From: Acidobacteriota bacterium | GTDB taxonomy: Bacteria; Acidobacteriota; Vicinamibacteria; Fen-336 | Length of the DNA stretch: 64,000 nt | NCBI GenBank assembly: GCA_022340585.1 | Contig: JAJDNS010000190.1 | Span: 4,130-68,129, forward strand | Reading direction: 5' to 3' | Part shown: positions 34,829 to 42,528 of the stretch, piece after piece | Numbering within the stretch: position 1 is the stretch's first letter | Layout: every line of letters begins with the position of its first letter | Notes under the pieces: generated by a model | Seen by the model: the letters and a program-made list of their open reading frames with translations, nothing else | Databases searched by the model: none | What the model was told of the DNA's origin: nothing | Translations under genes and position numbers: made by a program

Positions 34829-35343
34829 GAGACCTTCGCCGAGTCGAGGAGCGCCTCGCGCAGCGCCCCGGCCTCGGCCGGGGCGAGGCCGGGGATGGTG
34901 AGGACCGGCCCCGCGGAGCCGGCCACGTGGAGGGAGACCTCGACGAGACCGAGTGCCCGGTCGATGGGGCCAGAGCGCACGTCCACGTGCTGGACTCGCA
35001 CGCGGGGGATGGACCGGCTCACCCGCCACACGACGCCGTAGCGGGCCACGACGTCATCGGGCCTCAGGGCCCACTTCCAGCTCCGGAACAGCATCCGGGC
35101 GTGCCACAGCCCGAGGACCAGCACCACGACGAAGACCCCCAGGCCGAACAGCGGCGGACGAAGGGGCACCCACCGCGCGAGGCTCGCCTCGGCGATGACC
35201 GCCATCGTGGCCAGGAAGACGGCGTTGAACACGCGACCGAACATCCACCCCACCTGGACCGCCGGGTGCACGCCCCGCTCGCGGGAAGCCACCGGTGGCG
35301 GCGCGCCGGCGCTCCGCTCCTGACTGTCCGCGGGCTCGGTCAT
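34825..35343 (-). CDS. ydbS: YdbS-like membrane protein with a single bPH_2 domain
   Basis: Starts at ATG 35343 (MTEPADSQ), which lies within ORF 34825..35469. It has two TM helices followed by YGVVWRVSRSIPRVRVQHVDVRSGPIDRALGLVEVSLHVAGS. Confidence 0.8.
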   Translation of the reverse strand: MTEPADSQERSAGAPPPVASRERGVHPAVQVGWMFGRVFNAVFLATMAVIAEASLARWVPLRPPLFGLGVFVVVLVLGLWHARMLFRSWKWALRPDDVVARYGVVWRVSRSIPRVRVQHVDVRSGPIDRALGLVEVSLHVAGSAGPVLTIPGLAPAEAGALREALLDSAKVS

Positions 35344-35492
35344 CGTCGGGGATCCCCCTTCACCCCCGCGGACGCTAGCACAGGGCCCCGGCTCTTGCCA
35401 TCGGAGGGATGGCGGCCCACTTGCGGATCTGGTATGGAGTGTCTTGTTCCCACCAGCCCCACGGATCACGGGAGCACTGGAGGAGTGAAGGC

Positions 35493-36041
35493 ATGCCTGA
35501 CCACAAGCTCGTCATGCACCCCGAGGATCCCCGGGCCATCCTCCAGGATCCCCCGGAGCTGCTGGAGTCGCTCCGTCAGCTCGGCCTGATCGGCCCCTCC
35601 TTCGGTCATCTCGGCGAGCTGCACCACCGGGCGGGGCCGCGGTTCCTCGAGCTGGTTCTCTTCGAGGAGGGGGTGACCCCACCGGCGGGAGAGGAGGCCT
35701 GCCACGTAGCGCTCTCGGAGACCACCGAGGACACGATCTTCCTCGGGGGCGGAAACGCGCAGGCCCCGTCGTGCCCCGGCTGCGGGCACCGCCACGACGG
35801 ATGGCGGGAGCGGCTCCAGGAGTGGCGGCTGGCGCCGGAGAAGCCCTGGACCTGTGCGTCCTGTGGACGACAGAGGAAGGCCCACGAGCTCGACTGGGGT
35901 CGCCGAGGAGGCTTCGCCCGGCACGCCCTCGACGTCTGGAACGTCCGCGAGGACGAAGCCGTGCCCTCACCGGAGCTGCTGGAGCTGCTCCGCGTCGTGA
36001 CATACGCGGACTGGACGTACTTCTATTACCGGTTTCCCTGA
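35493..36041 (+). CDS. hypothetical 182-aa protein with CxxC...CxxC zinc-ribbon
   Basis: GGAGGAG Shine-Dalgarno 8 nt upstream of ATG 35493. Contains CPGCGHRHDGW...(24 aa)...CASCGRQR. I recognise no family. Confidence 0.6.
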   Translation: MPDHKLVMHPEDPRAILQDPPELLESLRQLGLIGPSFGHLGELHHRAGPRFLELVLFEEGVTPPAGEEACHVALSETTEDTIFLGGGNAQAPSCPGCGHRHDGWRERLQEWRLAPEKPWTCASCGRQRKAHELDWGRRGGFARHALDVWNVREDEAVPSPELLELLRVVTYADWTYFYYRFP

Positions 36042-36153
36042 ACGGGGGAACTGCACGACCTCGCTCAGCAGACCTGGCGACGTGTCTGGCGAAGGTGGCA
36101 ACGTGTTCGCAGCGGCGATGAATGGATCACCGGAGGAAACACGTGGTCTCCGG

Positions 36154-36633
36154 TCACTCCGTCCCGCAAGCGGCGACGAAGCACTCACCGAAGACGTGGG
36201 CCCATCCGCTGTCGTAGCCCTCGCGCGTCTCCCGGGCCCTGTCGCCGAGGACGGCCCAGTTGCGGTGCTCGAGCTCCACCTTCGCCCCTTCCGGGGTGGC
36301 CTCGAAGCGGACCTCGACCTCCTGGGCGGTGTCGGCCTCGCGCCCCGGGTGCCAGGTCATGGCGAAGCGCCGGGGCGGATCCCAGGCCAGGACACGGCCC
36401 CAGGGAGAGCGCTCCCCGCGCTCGTCGACCTCGTAGACCTCGCCGCCCACCCGGGGCTCGATGGCACAGTCCCGGGCCTGCTCCTGTCCGACAGAGTACT
36501 GGCCGAGCGGCCACCAGGAGCTGATGCGGCCGGTGAAGACCTCGAACGCATGCTCCACGGAGCACGACACCGTCACGGACTTGCGAAGCGGCTCGAGGTA
36601 CGGCTCGATCCGCTCAACCTTGCTCGCGGCCAT
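36154..36633 (-). CDS. SRPBCC / AHSA1-like (Activator of Hsp90 ATPase homolog 1-like) protein
   Basis: ...SVEHAFEVFTGRISSWWP...PRVGGEVYEV...RVLAWDPPRRFAMTWHPG...EVRFEATPEGAKVELEH. This is the typical partner of ArsR-family regulators. Confidence 0.8.
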   Translation of the reverse strand: MAASKVERIEPYLEPLRKSVTVSCSVEHAFEVFTGRISSWWPLGQYSVGQEQARDCAIEPRVGGEVYEVDERGERSPWGRVLAWDPPRRFAMTWHPGREADTAQEVEVRFEATPEGAKVELEHRNWAVLGDRARETREGYDSGWAHVFGECFVAACGTE

Positions 36634-36955
36634 CGTCTTCCTCCCCCGCGCTCGACCCCGCCCTTTCCGCCTCGGCCTTGAAGGCCCGCAGCACGTCCTC
36701 CCAGAAGCCGTCCAGATACTTGCGAAGCTCGACGAGACCGTGGAGCTCCACGCTGTAGACGCGACGCGTCCCCGTCTGTCGCTCCCGGACCAGGCCCGCG
36801 CCCTTCAGCACCCGAAGATGCTGCGAGACGGCCGGACGCGAAACCGGGATCTTCTCGGCCAGCCGGCCGACCGGGGAGGGGCCCCGGCGGAGCTCCTCGA
36901 AGATCGACCGGCGGGTCGGATCGGCCAGTGCCTGGAGAATTTCTTGGTAAGCCAC
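36614..36955 (-). CDS. ArsR/SmtB-family transcriptional regulator
   Basis: GTG 36955 starts VAYQEILQALADPTRRSIFEELRRGPSPVGRLAEKIPVSRPAVSQHLRVLKGAGLV (wHTH). It overlaps the SRPBCC start by 20 nt. Confidence 0.85.
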   Translation of the reverse strand: MAYQEILQALADPTRRSIFEELRRGPSPVGRLAEKIPVSRPAVSQHLRVLKGAGLVRERQTGTRRVYSVELHGLVELRKYLDGFWEDVLRAFKAEAERAGSSAGEEDDGREQG

Positions 36956-36966
36956 AGCTAACCGTA

Positions 36967-36994
36967 AGTATAAGATTACCAAGCATCTTGTCAA
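36967..36994 (-). promoter_or_regulatory. sigma70-type promoter of the arsR operon: TTGACA - 16 nt - TATACT, 11 nt before the GTG
   Basis: Minus strand reads cccTTGACAagatgcttggtaatctTATACTtacggttagctGTG. It is flanked by the 8-bp inverted repeat CTTGGTAA (36943-36950) / TTACCAAG (36976-36983). Confidence 0.5.
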
Positions 36995-37061
36995 GGGAGT
37001 GAAACGCAAGCGTCTGTAAGTGATTAATAAGGCAAGAGTTGATTTAGTCGAGAGAGAACGC

Positions 37062-38246
37062 TCAGCGTTCCTTCCGGAGCACGAAGCACTTCAAGTAGTG
37101 CGTCTCGGGCACCCCGAGGAGGACGGGGTGGTCACGGGCCTGGCGGCGCTTCTCCACCAGGGACACCGTGACCCCGGCGTCCACCGCCGCCTCGGTCAGG
37201 AGGCGCTCGAAGTCGTCCTCGTGGATGTGGTACGAGCACGAGCAGGTGACGAGACACCCGCCGGGGCTCAAGACCTTGAGGGCCCGGAGGTTGATCTCCT
37301 TGTAGCCGCGGATCGCCTTGTCGACCGCCTTGCGGCTCTTGGCGAAGGCGGGAGGGTCGAGGATGACCATGTCGAAGCGCTCGCCCTCGTCGTCGAAACC
37401 GCGCAGCACGTCGAAGACGTTGGCGTCCCGGGGGGTCACGTTGGTGAGCCCGTTGAGCTCGGCGTTGATCTCCACCCGTCGGAGGGACTCCGCCGAAAGG
37501 TCCACCGCCAGGACCTCGTCCGCTTCCCGCGCCACCTGCAGCGCGAAGCCGCCATCGTAGGTGAACCCGTCGAAGACTCGACCGCGAGCGTACCTCCGGG
37601 CGGCGAGGTGGTTCTCGCGCTGGTCCAGGAAGAGCCCGGTCTTCTGTCCGCTCCGCAGGTCGACGCGCAGGCGCACGTCACCCTCGTTCACCTCAACCGT
37701 CTCCGGAACTTCGCCGTGGAGGACGGACACGGTCTGCTCGAGGCCCTCGAGGCCCCGCACCTTCGGGTCGTTGCGCTCGACGATGCCCGTGGGCTCGAGA
37801 AGATCGACGAGGACGCTCACGATCTCGGCCTTCGCCCGCTCCGTGCCCTGGGAGAGCGTCTGGACCACGAGGTGATCCCGGTAGCGGTCGACCACGAGGG
37901 CCGGAATCCCGTCTCCCTCCCCATGGATCACTCGATACGCCTCGGCCCCCGGCGCCACCTTCCGGCGCCAGGCAATGGCCTGCTCGATCCGGTCGCGTAG
38001 CCAACTTTCGGGGAACGACTCGCCGCGCTCCACCATGCGCAGGCGAATCTCCGACTGCGACGACCAGAACGCGAAGCCGAGGGGCCGACCCCGGGGATCG
38101 GCCACCCGCACCAGCGCCCCCGGCGTCGCTCCGCCGTCCTCCACGATGTCCGAGCGGAAGATCCACGGGTGCCCACGCGCGATGCGCGCCTCGGCCCGGC
38201 GATTGACGACGACCGGCCCTTCGGTTTCCACGGTGCCGGAGAGCAT
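37062..38246 (-). CDS. rlmI: 23S rRNA (cytosine1962-C5)-methyltransferase RlmI-like (PUA + class I SAM MTase)
   Basis: ...ARIARGHPWIFRSDIV...VRVADPRGRPLGFAFWSSQSEIRLRM... plus VFDGFTYDGGFALQ...MVILDPPAFAKS. Confidence 0.85.
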   Translation of the reverse strand: MLSGTVETEGPVVVNRRAEARIARGHPWIFRSDIVEDGGATPGALVRVADPRGRPLGFAFWSSQSEIRLRMVERGESFPESWLRDRIEQAIAWRRKVAPGAEAYRVIHGEGDGIPALVVDRYRDHLVVQTLSQGTERAKAEIVSVLVDLLEPTGIVERNDPKVRGLEGLEQTVSVLHGEVPETVEVNEGDVRLRVDLRSGQKTGLFLDQRENHLAARRYARGRVFDGFTYDGGFALQVAREADEVLAVDLSAESLRRVEINAELNGLTNVTPRDANVFDVLRGFDDEGERFDMVILDPPAFAKSRKAVDKAIRGYKEINLRALKVLSPGGCLVTCSCSYHIHEDDFERLLTEAAVDAGVTVSLVEKRRQARDHPVLLGVPETHYLKCFVLRKER

Positions 38247-38253
38247 ATCGTCA

Positions 38254-38260
38254 AATAATG
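38254..38260. promoter_or_regulatory. overlapping face-to-face -10 boxes (AATAAT on plus, CATTAT on minus) in the 18-bp rlmI / hydrolase intergenic region
   Basis: catATCGTCAAATAATGGGGGatg. The plus-strand hexamer ends 5 nt before ATG 38265. The minus-strand hexamer ends 8 nt before ATG 38246. Confidence 0.4.
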
Positions 38261-38264
38261 GGGG

Positions 38265-39101
38265 ATGCTCCGTCGTGTGCTTCGCGTGCTCGCCTCGGCC
38301 GCCTTCATCCTGGGGGTGCTCTGGATCATGCTGCCCTTCCTGCTGAACTCGCTCCTCTACTTCCCGTCAAGACAGTTCTTCGCCGGCCCCGCCGCCTTCG
38401 GCCTGGAAGCCCGGGACGTGGTCTTCGAGACCGAAGACGGCGAGACGCTGCACGCGTGGTGGTTCCGAGCCGGTGAGGACCCCCTCGGCCACGTGCTCCT
38501 CTTCCACGGCAACGCGGGCAACATCGGCGACCGACTCCTCCATGCCCGCCTCCTGACCAACGTCGGATTCGACGTCTTCTCCTTCGACTACCGGGGATAC
38601 GGGCGGAGCACGGGGAGCCCCAGCGAAGAGGGAACGTGCAACGACGCCCGCGCGGCGCTCCTGGCCCTCGCTCGGCAGGACGGCCTGGACCCGAAGCGCG
38701 TCTTCTACCTGGGGGAATCGCTCGGTGGCGGAGTGGCGGTGGCGCTGGCTCGCGAGGCCCCGCCGCGGGGGCTCGTCCTGCTCTCCGCCTTCACCAGCGT
38801 GCGCGACATGGGCCGGGTCCACTACCCCTTCATCCCGACACCCCTCGTGCCCGACGCCTACCCGAACCTCCGGAGAATCCGTGGCCTCGAGTGCCCGGTC
38901 CTCGTCATGCACGGCGACCGCGACGAGATCGTGCCCGTCGAGCAGGGAAGGGCGCTCTACGAGGCTGCGCCCGAGCCGAAGCGCCTCCACCTCTTCGCGG
39001 GCGCCGGCCACAACGACCTCCTGGAGCAGGCGGGAAACGAGTGGGCAACGACCATTGCCGAGTGGGTGAGGGGCTTGCCGGAGCCGTCCCCGGAGCCTTG
39101 A
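38265..39101 (+). CDS. alpha/beta-fold hydrolase (S33/hydrolase_4-like)
   Basis: LLFHGNAGNIG, GYGRSTGSPSE, nucleophile elbow GESLGGG, MHGDRDEIVP, GAGHNDL. Confidence 0.85.
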   Translation: MLRRVLRVLASAAFILGVLWIMLPFLLNSLLYFPSRQFFAGPAAFGLEARDVVFETEDGETLHAWWFRAGEDPLGHVLLFHGNAGNIGDRLLHARLLTNVGFDVFSFDYRGYGRSTGSPSEEGTCNDARAALLALARQDGLDPKRVFYLGESLGGGVAVALAREAPPRGLVLLSAFTSVRDMGRVHYPFIPTPLVPDAYPNLRRIRGLECPVLVMHGDRDEIVPVEQGRALYEAAPEPKRLHLFAGAGHNDLLEQAGNEWATTIAEWVRGLPEPSPEP

Positions 39102-39173
39102 GCGCGGCTCGATCGGCCGGTCGCGTCCGGGGGCCCGCGACTCCGCGGGTATACTGTTCCCCTTCGCACGACC

Positions 39174-39614
39174 ATGCCCATGCATGACCCTGTCATCCTC
39201 GGATCCGACCACGCCGGCTTCGCCCTCAAGGAGAAGCTCAAGGACACCCTCGACCGTCTGCGGGTTCCCTGGGAGGACGTGGGGACCACCTCCGAGGACT
39301 CCGTGGACTATCCCGACTTCGCCCACCGCGTGGCCGAGGCGGTGGCCTCGGGACTCTTCTCCCGCGGCGTTCTCGTCTGCGGCACCGGGATCGGGGTGTC
39401 GATCACCGCCAACCGCCATGCCGGAGTGCGAGCGGCGCTGGTGTGCGACGAGGACGGAGCTCGCCTCAGCCGTGAGCACAACGATGCCAACGTCCTGGCC
39501 CTGGGCGGACGGACCACCGACCCCGCGGCGGCCGATGCCATCCTCGAAACCTGGCTGAACACTCCCTTTGCCGGCGGACGCCACGGGCGCCGCGTGGCCA
39601 AGATCGAGAGGTAG
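39174..39614 (+). CDS. rpiB: ribose-5-phosphate isomerase B
   Basis: [15 protein letters not shown]...VDYPDFA...[25 protein letters not shown]...[13 protein letters not shown]. Confidence 0.93.
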   Translation: MPMHDPVILGSDHAGFALKEKLKDTLDRLRVPWEDVGTTSEDSVDYPDFAHRVAEAVASGLFSRGVLVCGTGIGVSITANRHAGVRAALVCDEDGARLSREHNDANVLALGGRTTDPAAADAILETWLNTPFAGGRHGRRVAKIER

Positions 39615-39619
39615 CCCCC

Positions 39620-40894
39620 ATGGAGAACCTGGCCCGCATCGACCCTGAAGTGGCGGACGCCATCCTGAACGAGACTCGCCGGGAGGGGCGCCAGCTCGAG
39701 ATGATCGCCTCCGAGAACTTCGTCTCCGAGGCGGTGCTCGAGGCCCTGGGAACGGTTCTCACCAACAAGTACGCCGAGGGATACCCGGGGCGCCGCTACT
39801 ACGGTGGCTGTGAGTTCGTGGACGTGGCCGAGAGCCTGGCCATCGAACGAGCGAAGCAGCTCTTCGGAGCCGATCACGCCAACGTTCAGCCCCACTCCGG
39901 CGCCCAGGCCAACACCGCGGTCTACCTGGCCACTCTCCAGCCCGGGGACACGATCCTCGGCATGGATCTCTCCCACGGAGGCCACCTGACCCACGGACAC
40001 CCGCTCAACTTCTCGGGGAAGTACTTCACGGTGGTGCCCTACGGCGTGCGCAAGGAAGACGAGCGGATCGACTACGAGACCCTGGCCGCCCTGGCCGCCG
40101 AGCACCGGCCGAAGGTCATCGTGGTGGGAGCGTCCGCCTACCCGCGGACCATCGACTTCGCGGCGGTCCGGAAGGCCGCCGACGCGTGCGGGGCCGTGAT
40201 CATGGCGGACATCGCCCACATCGCAGGCCTGGTGGCGACCGGTCTCCACCCGAACCCGGTCCCCCACTGTGAGTTCGTGACCACCACGACCCACAAGACC
40301 CTGCGTGGGCCCCGGGGTGGGCTCATCCTCTGCGGGGAGGAGCAGAAGAAGGACCTCAACCGGGCGGTCTTCCCGGGGGTCCAGGGCGGACCCCTCATGC
40401 ACGTGATCGCAGCCAAGGCCGTGGCGTTCAAGGAGGCCCAGGCCCCGGAGTTCGCGGACTACCAGAAGCAGATCGTGGCCAACGCGAAGGTGCTGGCGAG
40501 CACCCTGTCCGGTGAAGGGTGGCGCCTCGTCTCCGGGGGCACCGACAACCACCTCCTGCTGGTGGACGTCTTCTCGAAGGGCCTCACCGGCAACGTGGCG
40601 GAGAAGGCCCTCGACGACGCCGGGATCACCGTCAACAAGAACACGATCCCCTTCGACACCAACAAGCCCATGATCGCCTCGGGAATCCGTATCGGGACCC
40701 CCGCCCTCACCACCCGGGGCATGCAGGAGGCGGAGATGGAGGAGATCGGCCACCTCATCTCCCGTGCCCTCGGCAGCGTCGAGAACGAGACGGAGCTGGC
40801 CGCGGTGAAGCAGGACGTGCAGAAGCTCTGCGACCGCTTCCCGCTCTACGCCGCGCGCCTCGAGTCCTACGAGAAGGCTCTGGCCAGCGCCTGA
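39620..40894 (+). CDS. glyA: serine hydroxymethyltransferase
   Basis: [17 protein letters not shown]...[15 protein letters not shown]...[14 protein letters not shown] (PLP lysine motif). Confidence 0.97.
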   Translation: MENLARIDPEVADAILNETRREGRQLEMIASENFVSEAVLEALGTVLTNKYAEGYPGRRYYGGCEFVDVAESLAIERAKQLFGADHANVQPHSGAQANTAVYLATLQPGDTILGMDLSHGGHLTHGHPLNFSGKYFTVVPYGVRKEDERIDYETLAALAAEHRPKVIVVGASAYPRTIDFAAVRKAADACGAVIMADIAHIAGLVATGLHPNPVPHCEFVTTTTHKTLRGPRGGLILCGEEQKKDLNRAVFPGVQGGPLMHVIAAKAVAFKEAQAPEFADYQKQIVANAKVLASTLSGEGWRLVSGGTDNHLLLVDVFSKGLTGNVAEKALDDAGITVNKNTIPFDTNKPMIASGIRIGTPALTTRGMQEAEMEEIGHLISRALGSVENETELAAVKQDVQKLCDRFPLYAARLESYEKALASA

Positions 40895-41141
40895 CCGCGG
40901 GCGTTGGCTCCATGAGAGAGTGGCCCGTGCGCCCCCGTTTCCGGGCACGGTCCGTCATCTCTGTCGTCGCGCTCGCCCTGCTCGCAGGAGTGCTCGGGAT
41001 TCCCTGACGTCGGTTCGGGCGCTCCGGGATGGGTTTCCCGGACCTCGCTGCCGAGTGGGCGCCGGGGGCGAAGACGGCCGCTCGAGAGGCCGAGTCGCCG
41101 TCATCCTCGCACCCGGGCTGGCGGTGTCCAGCGACGTGAGC

Positions 41142-41147
41142 TAATCT
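41142..41147 (+). promoter_or_regulatory. -10-like TAATCT, 7 nt upstream of trkA ATG 41155 (candidate leaderless)
   Basis: gtgagcTAATCTccacgccATGcgc. Confidence 0.35.
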
Positions 41148-41154
41148 CCACGCC

Positions 41155-42525
41155 ATGCGCGTCCTCATCTGCGGAGGCGGACAAGTGGGTGCACTCACTG
41201 CGCGCCGCCTGATCCGCGAGGGCAACGAGGTCACCATCCTCGACCCCAAGCCGACGCGTTGCGAGGAGCTGGAGTCCACGCTCGACGCGCACGTGGTCAC
41301 GGGCAGCGCCTCACGCGTCACCTCCATGCAGAAGGCCGGAATCGCCCGCGCCGAGATGGTGATCGCGGTGACCGACCTCGATGAGGTGAACCTGCTCGCG
41401 TGCCTCATCGCCCAGGTCGAGGCGCCGGCGGCCATCAAGGTGGCGCGCCTCCGGACCCACGAGGTCGACGAGTGGAAGCGCGTGGCCGAGGAGTCCGAGA
41501 TCAAGATCGACCTCGTCATCCACCCAGAGGAGGAGCTGGCGAAGAAGATCATGCGGGTCGTTCGCCTGCCCGGGGTCTCCGACATCTACGAGTTTGCCGA
41601 CGGCCAGATCCGGCTGTTCGGGATGAACGTCGAACGTGGCTCGCGACTCGCTGGCCGCACTCTCGTCGAGCTGCAGAAAGACGGGCCTCCCGAGAACTCC
41701 CTCATCGCCCTGATCTTCCGCGGCCCCCAGGTGATCGTCCCCCATGGCGCGGTGGAGCTCCAGGTCGGAGACCACCTCTACGTCCTGGGCACCAGCGAGA
41801 ACCTGCTGGACGTCGTCGAGTTCATGGGACTCAAGCGGACGACGGAGCTGGAGCGCGTGTTCATCCTGGGCGGGAAGCAGCTCGGCATCACGTGCGCGGA
41901 GCTCCTCGAAGAACAGGGGGTGAGTGTCAAGCTTTTCGAGAGGAACGCCGACCGCGCCGCTCGCATCGCCGAAATCCTCGACAAGACGGTCGTCCTCCAC
42001 GCCGATGGGACCGACCAGCTCATCCTCGAAGAGGAGAGCATCGAGGGCGTGGACGCCTATCTCGCCCTCACGAACGACGACGAGGACAACATCATCGCCT
42101 CGCTCCTCGCCCGCCGGCTCGGGGCGCACAAGGTGGTGGCCCTCATCAACCGCCTGAACTACCTGCCCATGGCCCAGCGGCTTGGGGTGCACACCACGGT
42201 GAGCCCACGCCTGGCGGCGGTGGACCGGATCCTCCAGTTCGTCCGCAAGGGAAGGGTGCTCTCGGTCACGACGTTCCGCGAGGAGGAGGCGGAGGCCCTG
42301 GAGCTGGTGGCGACCGAGAAGTCGAAGTACGTGGGCCGCAAGCTCCGCGACCTGCGCTTCCCCCGCGGGTCGATCGTGGGGGCGATCGTGCGGCCCGGCG
42401 GCGAGGCCGTCGTGCCCCGCGGCGAGGTGGAGATCCACCCCGGGGACCGGGTCCTCTTCTTCGCCCTCGAGAGCGTGGTGCCGGAGCTCGAGTCGGCGTT
42501 CCTCGCGGAGTCGGGAAGGGCCTGA
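41155..42525 (+). CDS. trkA: Trk potassium uptake system NAD-binding protein TrkA
   Basis: Two RCK_N/RCK_C repeats: MRVLICGGGQVGALTARRL and VFILGGKQLGITCAELL. Confidence 0.93.
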   Translation: MRVLICGGGQVGALTARRLIREGNEVTILDPKPTRCEELESTLDAHVVTGSASRVTSMQKAGIARAEMVIAVTDLDEVNLLACLIAQVEAPAAIKVARLRTHEVDEWKRVAEESEIKIDLVIHPEEELAKKIMRVVRLPGVSDIYEFADGQIRLFGMNVERGSRLAGRTLVELQKDGPPENSLIALIFRGPQVIVPHGAVELQVGDHLYVLGTSENLLDVVEFMGLKRTTELERVFILGGKQLGITCAELLEEQGVSVKLFERNADRAARIAEILDKTVVLHADGTDQLILEEESIEGVDAYLALTNDDEDNIIASLLARRLGAHKVVALINRLNYLPMAQRLGVHTTVSPRLAAVDRILQFVRKGRVLSVTTFREEEAEALELVATEKSKYVGRKLRDLRFPRGSIVGAIVRPGGEAVVPRGEVEIHPGDRVLFFALESVVPELESAFLAESGRA

Positions 42526-42528
42526 GGC

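Noticed and set aside
37056-37070. GAACGC-TCA-GCGTTC palindrome overlapping the rlmI stop codon, considered as a terminator
   Set aside because: It has only a 6-bp stem with a 3-nt loop and no U-tract. It is too weak to call.
40895-41154. 260-bp gap before trkA, considered as a c-di-AMP (ydaO-type) riboswitch or as a 31-codon membrane peptide ORF (40912..41007, MREWPVRPRFRARSVISVVALALLAGVLGIP)
   Set aside because: I recognise no pseudo-twofold ACGGGGA/CCCGCC core. The small ORF has no Shine-Dalgarno sequence or -10 element and is too short to evaluate. I leave it unannotated; an Rfam scan and Ribo-seq would decide.
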